A stretch of DNA of 39,059 nucleotides from an uncultured Clostridia bacterium (GCA_937989765.1 CALKRZ010000001.1:1-39059), one strand, 5' to 3'; shown: positions 8,657-17,076, counted from the first letter of the stretch. Made by a program: numbers and translations. Notes: generated by a model not told the origin, from the letters alone.

Positions 8657-9910
8657 ATGGATAAATTAGTAATACAGGGAGGACGTAGACTTTGCGGCGA
8701 AGTGAGTATTAGTGGAGCCAAGAATGCTGCTGTAGCGATAATCCCAGCTGCTATTTTAGCAGACGACGTATGTATAATAGAAAATTTGCCATATATAGAA
8801 GATGTCATCAGTTTAGTAGACACCCTCAATCAGATGGGTGTAAAAAGTGAGTTTGTGGATAAAAACACGCTTAGAATTGATAGCAGAAATATTCAAAACT
8901 TTTGTGCGACGTATGAGGCGACTCGTAACATTCGTGCATCTTATTATCTTTTGGGGGCACTTTTGGGTCGTTTTGGACAAGCAGAAGTATCTATGCCAGG
9001 AGGGTGTAATTTTGGCACTCGTCCTATTGACCAACATATTAAAGGTTTTGAAGCATTAGGAGCAGAAGTGACTGTAGAGCACGGCATGGTTCGGGCCACA
9101 GGGCATTTGACAGGAACACAGATCTATTTAGATGTGGTTAGTGTAGGGGCTACCATCAATATCATGCTGGCAGCAGTACTGGCAGAGGGAGTTACCGTGA
9201 TCGAAAATGCGGCAAAAGAGCCTCATATTGTAGATACAGCCAACTTCTTAAACAGTATGGGTGCGAAAGTAAAAGGAGCAGGCACGGATGTAATTCGTGT
9301 CGTGGGGGTACCAAAGCTTCATGGTTCTAGTTATATGATCATTCCAGATCAGATTGAGGCAGGCACATATATGGTTGCGGCTGCGATTACTGGAGGGGAT
9401 GTCGTAGTTCGCAATATTATCCCGAAGCATATGGAGTCTATGACAGCCAAGCTCATCGAAATGCATGTAGATATTACAGAAGAAGATGATGCGATCCGAG
9501 TGTGTGCTAGTAGACCTCTCCAAGCGGTGAACCTAAAGACGCAAGTATACCCAGGATTTCCTACAGATCTGCAGCCTCAGATGACAGTCCTACTAAGCAC
9601 TGCCAAAGGCACTAGCATTTTGACAGAAAATGTATGGGAAAACCGATTTCAATATATTGATGAATTGAAGCGTCTGGGTGCGAACATACAAGTGGAGGGA
9701 CGAATTGCAATCATTGAAGGAGCAGAACGTCTTACGGGTGCAGAAGTCAGTTCCACCGATCTTCGGGCAGGGGCGGCATTGATCTTGGGAGGTCTAGTCG
9801 CACAAGGACAAACAGTCATTAACAATGTGCGGTTTATAGACCGAGGCTATGAAGATATAGAATATAAATTATCAGCATTGGGTGCTGATATTTGTCGTAT
9901 CAAAGCCTAA
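8657..9910 (+). CDS. murA: UDP-N-acetylglucosamine 1-carboxyvinyltransferase
   Basis: 417 aa. N-terminus MDKLVIQGGRRLCGEVSISGAKNAAVAIIPAAIL. Active-site loop PGGCNFGTRPIDQH with the Cys retained. Confidence 0.95.
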   Translation: MDKLVIQGGRRLCGEVSISGAKNAAVAIIPAAILADDVCIIENLPYIEDVISLVDTLNQMGVKSEFVDKNTLRIDSRNIQNFCATYEATRNIRASYYLLGALLGRFGQAEVSMPGGCNFGTRPIDQHIKGFEALGAEVTVEHGMVRATGHLTGTQIYLDVVSVGATINIMLAAVLAEGVTVIENAAKEPHIVDTANFLNSMGAKVKGAGTDVIRVVGVPKLHGSSYMIIPDQIEAGTYMVAAAITGGDVVVRNIIPKHMESMTAKLIEMHVDITEEDDAIRVCASRPLQAVNLKTQVYPGFPTDLQPQMTVLLSTAKGTSILTENVWENRFQYIDELKRLGANIQVEGRIAIIEGAERLTGAEVSSTDLRAGAALILGGLVAQGQTVINNVRFIDRGYEDIEYKLSALGADICRIKA

Positions 9911-9958
9911 GGCATCTTCAAAAAACTTTGCATCCCTAATAGAGAGGAGTCGTTCCCC

Positions 9959-10756
9959 ATGGCATTACGATTTTGTACCATCGCCAGTGGTAGTAGTGGT
10001 AATAGTATATATATTGGCACGGCACATGCTCATATACTGGTAGATGCAGGGTTGAGCGGCAAACGTATTCAACAAGGACTCCAAAGTGTGCAATTGACAG
10101 GACAGCAGCTAGACGGGATTTTTATTACGCATGAGCATAGCGATCATATCAGAGGGGCAGGCATCCTGTCTAGACGATTTGATATTCCGATCTATGCTAC
10201 CCCAGGGACATGGTTGGGTATGAAGGACAAACTCGGAGAGATCGCTCCTCACAATCAAAATCATGTAGAAAAAGAACAGGATTGTATCATAAAGGATCTG
10301 TGTATCCATCCATATGAAATTCCGCATGATGCCAATGAGCCGGTAGGATATACTATTTGTACAGACCAACACAAAATATCTATTGCCACAGATTTGGGGC
10401 ATATTACCGAGATAGTAAAGCGTACTATTAAGGATTCAGATATACTGCTGCTAGAGTCCAATCATGATGTGGATATGGTCAAAGTGGGGAGGTACCCATA
10501 TTATCTGAAACAGCGCATCTTGGGATCTATGGGACATCTTTCCAATGAAAGTGCGGGAGAACTTCTGGTAGAACTTATATCGGGTCGTCTTAAGCATGTA
10601 TTCTTGGGTCATCTTAGTGAGGAAAACAACTTTCCAGAATTAGCGTACCAAACTGTCATCAATATCCTAGAGCAAAACCATATTAAAGTAGGTACCCATC
10701 TACAGATGGGCATGGCTCTCCGCCATGAACCTAGTCCAGTAGTAGCACTAGCATAA
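9959..10756 (+). CDS. walJ: MBL-fold metallo-hydrolase, WalJ/YycJ-like
   Basis: 265 aa. SGSSGNSIYI...ILVDAGLS and the HEHSDH metal motif. Located at the end of the wal locus. Confidence 0.85.
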   Translation: MALRFCTIASGSSGNSIYIGTAHAHILVDAGLSGKRIQQGLQSVQLTGQQLDGIFITHEHSDHIRGAGILSRRFDIPIYATPGTWLGMKDKLGEIAPHNQNHVEKEQDCIIKDLCIHPYEIPHDANEPVGYTICTDQHKISIATDLGHITEIVKRTIKDSDILLLESNHDVDMVKVGRYPYYLKQRILGSMGHLSNESAGELLVELISGRLKHVFLGHLSEENNFPELAYQTVINILEQNHIKVGTHLQMGMALRHEPSPVVALA

Positions 10757-10777
10757 TTATGACTTGTCGTTCTTTGT

Positions 10778-10839
10778 GAAAGAGAAACATACAAGATCCT
10801 CTATATTTTCATATAGGGGATCTTGTATGTTTCTCTTTC
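10778..10839. terminator. Very long near-perfect hairpin between convergent walJ and the GDPD gene (bidirectional terminator candidate)
   Basis: GAAAGAGAAACATACAAGATCC pairs perfectly with GGATCTTGTATGTTTCTCTTTC (22 bp). The inner pairing CTATAT/ATATAG extends the stem. The apical loop is TTTC. Confidence 0.6.
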
Positions 10840-10852
10840 CTTCATTTTATAC

Positions 10853-11650
10853 CTATTGACTAACCCAATGAGTAGGCTGAAAGTGATCTGTATATATGCC
10901 ATATACACCATATTCTTGTAGTGTTTCATAGGTAGTAAGGCTGTTCACTGTATGAACAAATGTAGGTGTATTGACTTCTAACAAGCGCTTTGGCAAGGGA
11001 GATTGCCCACGATCTATGGGCATAGTAATGGCAAAGAGGGGAGAGGTACGGGCAAAATCTACCACTTCTTGATCTGACACATTCAATCGGTATAAGGTGA
11101 GGATCATATGTTCATACCCTAAGTCAGAGGCTTCCTGATGCTCAGCAAAAGAATAAATCTGGGGGATCAATTGAGGTACCATAGAAGGATGATGTTCTTT
11201 GATCCATTGGAGCATTTTGATATTTTCATTTTTGATATCTGTTACGATGAATGCATCCTTATGGGCAGAAAGCCATTTTTGTAGATCCTGAGTATCTAGT
11301 AGGGTTAGATTTTGAAAAGTCTTTTGCGTCTTAAACTGTGTATGAGTATAGACTGTAGGATGATCCATAAAGAGTCTCTTGACCATAGGGCTCCAATCAT
11401 GAATGAGTACAGGTACTTCGTCCTTTGTCCATTCAAAGTCCAACTCTATAAGGCGAAACCCATTTTGATAGGCTTGGTTCAGGGCTTCTAGAGAATTGGT
11501 ATAAGCAAATCCATAGATAGCCCCCCCGGCATGGGCTACGAGAGGTTGTAGAACTGGTTTTGCGGTAGGGGTACTCGTAGGATAGACGATCATAAACCCA
11601 ATAAAGCATATAATCAATAGCATACAGAGCTGTAGTATTTTCTTTTTCAT
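10853..11650 (-). CDS. Membrane-anchored glycerophosphodiester phosphodiesterase-like (GDPD/PI-PLC fold) protein
   Basis: N-terminal TM. VAHAGG...NSLEAL...FRLIELDFEWTKDEVPVLIHDW resembles the GDPD catalytic His/Glu/Asp/His pattern. Confidence 0.65.
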   Translation of the reverse strand: MKKKILQLCMLLIICFIGFMIVYPTSTPTAKPVLQPLVAHAGGAIYGFAYTNSLEALNQAYQNGFRLIELDFEWTKDEVPVLIHDWSPMVKRLFMDHPTVYTHTQFKTQKTFQNLTLLDTQDLQKWLSAHKDAFIVTDIKNENIKMLQWIKEHHPSMVPQLIPQIYSFAEHQEASDLGYEHMILTLYRLNVSDQEVVDFARTSPLFAITMPIDRGQSPLPKRLLEVNTPTFVHTVNSLTTYETLQEYGVYGIYTDHFQPTHWVSQ

Positions 11651-11748
11651 TATAATTCTCCTCTATGAGTAGATATGAGTCAGTAAAAGTTATATCTATA
11701 TAGTATAGAGGTATTACGAGCGGGATTCAATAGTTTTTATACAAGGAT

Positions 11749-12024
11749 CATAAGCGTAAACTTAAGCCATTACTTGGAAGTTTTCGCTCAAGGAGATATT
11801 TCATTTTCATAGCGTTCTAGTCGCTTGGGTTATAGATGCCCTGAGTGAACACGAATTATCTTTATTGCGAGTAAGCTGATGGATAGCACCATATCGTCCA
11901 CAACGGCTACCGAAGTTCGCTTCGTTCTAGTACATAGCAAGAAGCTCCACGAACTCTATTCAAATTGAAATATCTCCTTTCGCTTAGGCTATCTGCCATA
12001 TTATGGCTTAAGTTTACGCTTATG
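11749..12024. mobile_element. 276-bp foldback element with 22-bp perfect TIR and 10-bp flanking direct repeat (MITE-like; family 2)
   Basis: CATAAGCGTAAACTTAAGCCAT (11749-11770) is the exact reverse complement of 12003-12024. ATACAAGGAT occurs at 11739-11748 and 12025-12034. A subterminal inverted repeat, AAGGAGATATTTCA, is at 11790-11803 / 11966-11979. No credible ORF. Confidence 0.75.
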
Positions 12025-12049
12025 ATACAAGGATGTAAATCTGCAGATA

Positions 12050-12078
12050 TTGATATATGAGATCAGATCGGTTACAAT
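12050..12078 (+). promoter_or_regulatory. Sigma-A-type promoter of the LtaS-SLH gene
   Basis: TTGATA, a 17-nt spacer, then TACAAT, about 50 nt upstream of the ATG at 12128. Confidence 0.5.
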
Positions 12079-12127
12079 GATGTGGAAAAAAGATTCTAAA
12101 AAGAAAGGGTACAACAGGTGACACATC

Positions 12128-14407
12128 ATGAAGCGAGATCATTTTCACACGATATATAGTTGGATTGGGATTTTTAGCATTATAACGATTGTAAAACAAT
12201 ATATAGTTCAAGCACTGCTTGGGATGCCATTTATGGATATTCCGTATTGGTTGATCAATGTAGTGATTGTGATAGGGATATTTACGCTAGCCAGTAGTGT
12301 TCTATCTCTGAAACAGTATCGACAAGGCTTGTTTTGTGTATATATATTTTTGACGATTTTGATGTACGGCGATCTGATTCATTATCGCCATTTTCGGACG
12401 CCCATACCTATCCATTCTATGGGTTCAGCAGGTCAAGTAGCGGCAGTAGGCGGAAGTGTGTGGGTACTTTTATCGTATATTGATATAGTATTGTTTGTGG
12501 ACTTGATCATTTTGGGTATTTACTTATATAGATCCAAGCGTAAGAGCGAAGAGATTTATTACAAAAGAAGGTTGTTTTATGGGATTGCAGGCATAGGCAT
12601 TTTTTGCTTAGTACTCTTGATCAATACAGGGATGATGAAAGAAGGCGTGTATACCGCAGAGCGGCTCGGGATGATCTATTATCATTTTGTAGATATACAG
12701 ATGTGGGTGACAGGCGGAGAAAGTCAAGTAGAGGATTGGGAACCTAAAGATCAAAAAACAAGGCTGCCTGTGGGACAGAGAGCGTATTTTGGAGCTGCCA
12801 AGGGACGAAATTTGATCGTGATCCAAGTGGAATCGATGCAGAATTTTGTGCTGAATCGGGAAATAGAAGGGCAGTCCATTACCCCAGTGATGAATGAGTT
12901 GATCAGTCAAGATACCTTGTACTTTGATAGATATTATCAACAACTCGGCAGAGGCAATACTTCTGATGCAGAATTTGTTACGCACAACAGTCTATACCCT
13001 TCTATGGGTACGTATACGTATAAACAATATGAAGAACATGATTTTTATCCCCTGCCAAGGATGCTACAGGAGCAGGGGTACAGTACGATCGCATTTCATG
13101 GAAATGATCCTGATTTTTGGAATCGAAGAGCTATGTATAAAAAACAGGGATTCGACACGTTTATTAGTGATCAACAAATGGTGAACGATGAAGTGATCGG
13201 GATCGGGATCAGCGATGGATCTGTATTTCGTCAGTCTATACCTTATTTACAAGGATTGTCTCAGCCTTTTTATAGTTTTTATGTCACCTTGACCAGTCAT
13301 ACGCCTTTTATCATGCCCAAAGAACTGCAAGGGCTTTCGTGTAAAGGAGAACTCAAGGGCACTTTTCTAGAAAACTATCTACAATCTATTCATTATTATG
13401 ATCAAGTCCTAGGAGAGTTTTTAGAAAGTCTCAAAAAACAAGGACTGTATGAAAACTCCATCATTGTGATCTATGGGGATCATTTTGGCGTGGATATTCG
13501 CAAGAAAGAAATCAGACAAATGATGAGTGAGTTTTTAGAAAAGCCCTACGACTTTGATGAATTTATGAATGTCGGTCTTTTGATTCATATACCTGGTTTG
13601 GGCAAAGCAGAAACACGTTCAATAGCGGGAGGGCAGATAGATTTTTATCCTACGATGCTGAATCTTTTAGGTGTAGAACAGACGAAGGGTTATCTTTTTG
13701 GGCAAGATTTACTCAATGCATCAAAAGGGTTCGCAGCCAGTCAGACCTATATGATCAAAGGTTCCTTTATCGATGATGAAAAGGTATTCGAGATGTCTAG
13801 GGACGGGAAATATGAAAATAGTCGAGCGTACTATATACACAACGGAGAACAGGTGCCACTAGAAAAATGTCGAGAAGGGTATGAGAGGGCACTGCAGGAC
13901 ATTAATCGATCCAACTATATACTTCATAATAATCTGATGCTCGCAGCACAAGAAAAAAGTCCTACAAACTCCAGCCATTTTAGTGATATACGAAATCAGT
14001 GGGCCGAAGAGATGATCAACACCCTACATGAAGACGGTATCCTCGTACCGACTATGGATGGGCTCTGTAAGCCCGAAGAACCCATCTCTCGTGCAGAGTG
14101 GATCACCATGATGGGTAGGATGTATGATTGGGTCCAACAAGAAGGACAAGAATATCGAGATCTAAATAAAGAATATGCAAAACCCTATATCCGAGTGGCA
14201 CTAGAAAGAGGCATAGTACCCCAAGACATTGATCTTGAAGAACCGATCGTCTATGACGAAGCCTTGCAGTGGCTTATGCAGGTAGAAGCAGTGCGTATAA
14301 ACCGCAAAGACATTCCCACAGATAGAGTTTTATTACGAGGAGAAGCAGTAGAAATCCTCTATATTCAAAAATATAACGATCCCATAGATAGAGGGATGGA
14401 TAGATAG
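12128..14407 (+). CDS. LtaS-family (sulfatase-fold) polyglycerolphosphate transferase with a C-terminal SLH-like region
   Basis: About 5 N-terminal TM segments. Sulfatase-fold core with IQVESMQNF and GRGNTSDAEF (the Thr nucleophile context of LtaS). The C-terminus FSDIRNQWAEEMINTLHEDGILV...ISRAEW matches the SLH pattern, including the (T/S)RAE motif. Confidence 0.8.
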   Translation: MKRDHFHTIYSWIGIFSIITIVKQYIVQALLGMPFMDIPYWLINVVIVIGIFTLASSVLSLKQYRQGLFCVYIFLTILMYGDLIHYRHFRTPIPIHSMGSAGQVAAVGGSVWVLLSYIDIVLFVDLIILGIYLYRSKRKSEEIYYKRRLFYGIAGIGIFCLVLLINTGMMKEGVYTAERLGMIYYHFVDIQMWVTGGESQVEDWEPKDQKTRLPVGQRAYFGAAKGRNLIVIQVESMQNFVLNREIEGQSITPVMNELISQDTLYFDRYYQQLGRGNTSDAEFVTHNSLYPSMGTYTYKQYEEHDFYPLPRMLQEQGYSTIAFHGNDPDFWNRRAMYKKQGFDTFISDQQMVNDEVIGIGISDGSVFRQSIPYLQGLSQPFYSFYVTLTSHTPFIMPKELQGLSCKGELKGTFLENYLQSIHYYDQVLGEFLESLKKQGLYENSIIVIYGDHFGVDIRKKEIRQMMSEFLEKPYDFDEFMNVGLLIHIPGLGKAETRSIAGGQIDFYPTMLNLLGVEQTKGYLFGQDLLNASKGFAASQTYMIKGSFIDDEKVFEMSRDGKYENSRAYYIHNGEQVPLEKCREGYERALQDINRSNYILHNNLMLAAQEKSPTNSSHFSDIRNQWAEEMINTLHEDGILVPTMDGLCKPEEPISRAEWITMMGRMYDWVQQEGQEYRDLNKEYAKPYIRVALERGIVPQDIDLEEPIVYDEALQWLMQVEAVRINRKDIPTDRVLLRGEAVEILYIQKYNDPIDRGMDR

Positions 14408-14441
14408 GTAATGCATCAGTAGGATTCTAAAACAGTAACTA

Positions 14442-14732
14442 GTGGTAAGGCAAATATATTAATCTGGAAATAACTGCAACAAAGGAGCGCGTCCTAGATT
14501 ACAACAAAAATTCCCCCTTGTACAAGCGCGATTTTGCAGTTAGGCAACTGAAAATAAATAACTGGTCAAAGATGCTGAGGATATTTTGTGTCAGACAAGG
14601 AAGCAGGTTCCGTTGCTAGTGGGGCTATCATCGGGTTCTGCTGACGCAGTATGACGCAAAATAGACCAGCAGATTGACTAGTTATTTATTTTCAGTTGCC
14701 TTATTGGAAGATTAATATATTTGCCTTACCAC
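14442..14732 (+). mobile_element. Family-1 foldback repeat, copy B (interrupted by a nested element)
   Basis: Arms GTGGTAAGGCAAATATATTAATCT / AGATTAATATATTTGCCTTACCAC. The core at 14463-14539 is about 85-90 percent identical to copies C and D. Degenerate outer ends may reach ~14422 and ~14750. It lies between the convergent LtaS-SLH and HD-GYP genes. Confidence 0.75.
14543..14700. mobile_element. 158-bp foldback element nested inside copy B (family 3)
   Basis: 25-nt TIR GGCAACTGAAAATAAATAACTGGTC / GACTAGTTATTTATTTTCAGTTGCC (1 mismatch). Flanked by TTA on both sides (14540-14542 and 14701-14703). The interior halves are also mutually complementary. Copies A, C and D lack this insertion at the same point. 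Confidence 0.7.
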
Positions 14733-14752
14733 AGCTCTTTCCTTTGGATAAT

Positions 14753-14791
14753 ACAAAAGCACATGGGTGCAAGACTTCACCCCCATGTGCT
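14753..14791 (-). terminator. Rho-independent terminator of the HD-GYP gene
   Basis: On the minus strand, AGCACATGGGGGTG..CACCCATGTGCT is followed by TTTTGT. The stem overlaps the stop codon. Confidence 0.6.
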
Positions 14792-16330
14792 GTAAATTTC
14801 ATCAAACTGTCGATGATATGCCTTAAATATTTCATAGACACTTGGATCAAAATGAGACGGAATCACACGACCATCGCCATTGACGATAATATCATATGTT
14901 TTTGCATGGTCAAAAGCAGGTTTATAACAGCGTGCGGTGCGAAGGGCATCGTAGATATCAGCCATAGTAACAATTCGAGCAGAGAGGGGAATTTCCTCTC
15001 CTCTTTTTCTGTGAGGATATCCTGTGCCGTCAAACCGTTCATGGTGATAGAGGGCTATATCTGTCGCCATCTCCAGATGCGGCGATCCCCCGATGATCAA
15101 AGCACCATAGGTAGTATGCTGCTGCATAAAGGTAAATTCTTCATCGGTTAACTTTCCAGGTTTGCATAATATATCTTTGGGGATATGTACTTTTCCTACA
15201 TCGTGCATTTGTGCAGAAATATAAATCGTATCAATATACTTTTTGTCCATCCCGAGGTGCTCGCTGATCAGTTTAGAAAACTCATTGACCCGTTTGATAT
15301 GATGACCTGTATTATCATCATTGGCTTCTGCGGCTCTCGCCAAGGCATCCATGGTATAGATGAAGGAATCCTGTACTTGGGTGATTTGATGGTAGATGTT
15401 TTCCATCAGGTTATAACTAATACATAAACCTTTGATAATATCTGCATCAAAGCTGGTTACATGTCTTTCATAGTTGATAGCGATAATAGCTGTATCTGTG
15501 GTAGTATAGCCTGTAAAATTACGGATGAACCCCAACTCTGTGGTTACTTCTTTGGTAAAAAAAGCATGATAATCCCCTATATCAGAGATTTCTTGTTCTC
15601 CACAGTTCCTATAAAACTCGCTTTGCGCAGTAGTTTGTAGAGGGAGGCTATCCCCGCGACTTAATAAAATAGGAGCACACTTTTTTCGAACGGCATCTCC
15701 CCCAAAAGAATAAATCTGTCCAAACGTATCCATCCCTTGTTTATAGACAATCAGTATAGAAGACGGTTTGTTGGATAAGAATCGATTAGATGCAAATACA
15801 TATTCTAGTAACTCAAGCAAGGAATCTTTATAGTTAGAAAATTCACTTCCAATATACTTTCTGAGGATTTGATCGGTTTGGCTGTTGATGGAATCAATGG
15901 CACTGTAACATTCCACCACATGATCATATTTTGCTTTGAAATCTAGAGATTTTTTGGTAATGCTTAATAAACTATAAGAAAGCATACCTTTGTGGAGTAA
16001 GATTTCTCCATGCAAAAGAGTGGCTGTGTGAGCATCATAGGGTTTGGAAAATATATAAAGTATAGGCAGATAATCACTGACCTGTATAGAGTCTAATACA
16101 TCGAGTACAGAAGATTGATAATCATCTAGATCGATAATGAGCAATTTTGCATTCAGTTTATATATAGTAAGCATGAGCTTATTAGAAGTAGCTTGCTGTA
16201 TCACACAGCGTAATGGACTAAGACAAGTTGTAATGTCTGCTAGTGCTTCTGTGCTTTTAGAAAGCAGTAGAATAGTTTGGTGTTCCACATTGTGCCTCCT
16301 TTGCATCTTTTTTATAGGATACTGTGACAA
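14777..16330 (-). CDS. HD-GYP domain protein (putative c-di-GMP phosphodiesterase) with a degenerate receiver-like N-terminus
   Basis: HD-GYP signature: ...AQMHDVGKVHIP... and HHERFDGTGYP. The N-terminal ~120 aa have a REC-like layout (LLIIDLDD, IFS, HKG), but SK replaces the acidic DD pair. Confidence 0.8.
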   Translation of the reverse strand: MSQYPIKKMQRRHNVEHQTILLLSKSTEALADITTCLSPLRCVIQQATSNKLMLTIYKLNAKLLIIDLDDYQSSVLDVLDSIQVSDYLPILYIFSKPYDAHTATLLHGEILLHKGMLSYSLLSITKKSLDFKAKYDHVVECYSAIDSINSQTDQILRKYIGSEFSNYKDSLLELLEYVFASNRFLSNKPSSILIVYKQGMDTFGQIYSFGGDAVRKKCAPILLSRGDSLPLQTTAQSEFYRNCGEQEISDIGDYHAFFTKEVTTELGFIRNFTGYTTTDTAIIAINYERHVTSFDADIIKGLCISYNLMENIYHQITQVQDSFIYTMDALARAAEANDDNTGHHIKRVNEFSKLISEHLGMDKKYIDTIYISAQMHDVGKVHIPKDILCKPGKLTDEEFTFMQQHTTYGALIIGGSPHLEMATDIALYHHERFDGTGYPHRKRGEEIPLSARIVTMADIYDALRTARCYKPAFDHAKTYDIIVNGDGRVIPSHFDPSVYEIFKAYHRQFDEIYSTWG

Positions 16331-16364
16331 GTATATGTATTCAAAGTAGGATAGTATATTGGTT

Positions 16365-16373
16365 ATTATAGCA
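16365..16373 (-). promoter_or_regulatory. Extended -10 (TGcTATAAT on the minus strand) upstream of the HD-GYP gene
   Basis: The reverse complement of ATTATAGCA reads TGCTATAAT, about 35 nt upstream of the start codon. Confidence 0.4.
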
Positions 16374-16449
16374 TAAAATCATAAGATAAACTATAGCTCT
16401 ACATACTTTTTAGATGTATATATCTAAGATATACAGAGGGCTGTATATG

Positions 16450-16481
16450 AAAAAAGTGTACTCGTGGAGAGTACACTTTTT
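16450..16481. terminator. Bidirectional-type terminator downstream of cotJC
   Basis: AAAAAAGTGTACTC-gtgga-GAGTACACTTTTT: a GC-containing stem with A and T runs on either side. Confidence 0.65.
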
Positions 16482-16484
16482 GGT

Positions 16485-17057
16485 CTAATAAAATTTCTTT
16501 CGGTCTACATAATCATATATATCTACCAAGGCTTCCCCGAACCGTTGGAAGTGTACGACTTCACGTTCGCGCAGGAAACGAAGAGAATCTTTGACGCCTG
16601 GGTCATCAGATAGATTAATTAGATGTTCATAGGTAGTGCGGGCTTTTTGTTCAGCCGCCATATCTTCATGAAGATCTGTGATCGGGTCTCCCATGCCTTG
16701 AATATAAGCAGCAGTCCATGGAACACCGTTAGAGTCAGTATAAAAAAGAGCTCGATCGTGTTGTGCATAATGGCCGCCTAGACCAGCTTCTTTTAATTCA
16801 TCGAGGGTTGCATCTTTAAGCAGTTGATATACCATTGTAGCGATGATTTCTAGATGTGCCAATTCCTCAGTACCGATATCCGTAAGTAGGGCCTTGGCTT
16901 TGCCTGTGGGCATCGTGTACCGCTGATTAAGATAGCGAAGAGCAGCACTTAATTCTCCGTCAGGACCTCCGTATTGTGTGATCAAAAACTTTGCCATCTG
17001 GACATTTTTATTGCATACTTTAACAGGATATTGTAATTTCTTTTCATACACCCACAT
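16485..17057 (-). CDS. cotJC: Manganese catalase-family spore coat protein CotJC
   Basis: AGGAGG RBS before the internal ATG (MWVYEKKLQYPVKV...). QYGGPDGELSAALRYLNQRY and EELAHLE di-metal ligand motifs. The track ORF's 34-aa N-terminal extension overlaps cotJB and was discarded. Confidence 0.9.
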   Translation of the reverse strand: MWVYEKKLQYPVKVCNKNVQMAKFLITQYGGPDGELSAALRYLNQRYTMPTGKAKALLTDIGTEELAHLEIIATMVYQLLKDATLDELKEAGLGGHYAQHDRALFYTDSNGVPWTAAYIQGMGDPITDLHEDMAAEQKARTTYEHLINLSDDPGVKDSLRFLREREVVHFQRFGEALVDIYDYVDRKKFY

Positions 17058-17076
17058 GTAAATACCTCCTATTGAT

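Noticed and set aside
11777-11788. The 12-mer GGAAGTTTTCGC is shared by the 276-bp element and the pgmB upstream region (18244-18255).
   Set aside because: Dozens of 12-mer coincidences are expected by chance in 39 kb on two strands, and the flanking sequence does not align.
14537-14546. GTTAGGC at the left boundary of the nested element matches the integron attC R' core GTTRRRY. The repeats also follow ORFs as attC sites do.
   Set aside because: The opposite end lacks the complementary RYYYAAC core (it reads GCCTTAT). There is no intI gene or cassette array, the flanking genes are in mixed orientations, and clear target duplications point to transposition.
14696-15151. A 151-aa plus-strand ORF starts inside repeat copy B and runs antisense to the HD-GYP gene.
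   Set aside because: It has no RBS and starts at a TTG within the repeat arm. It is fully overlapped by a well-supported HD-GYP coding frame, and its composition is typical of antisense translation.
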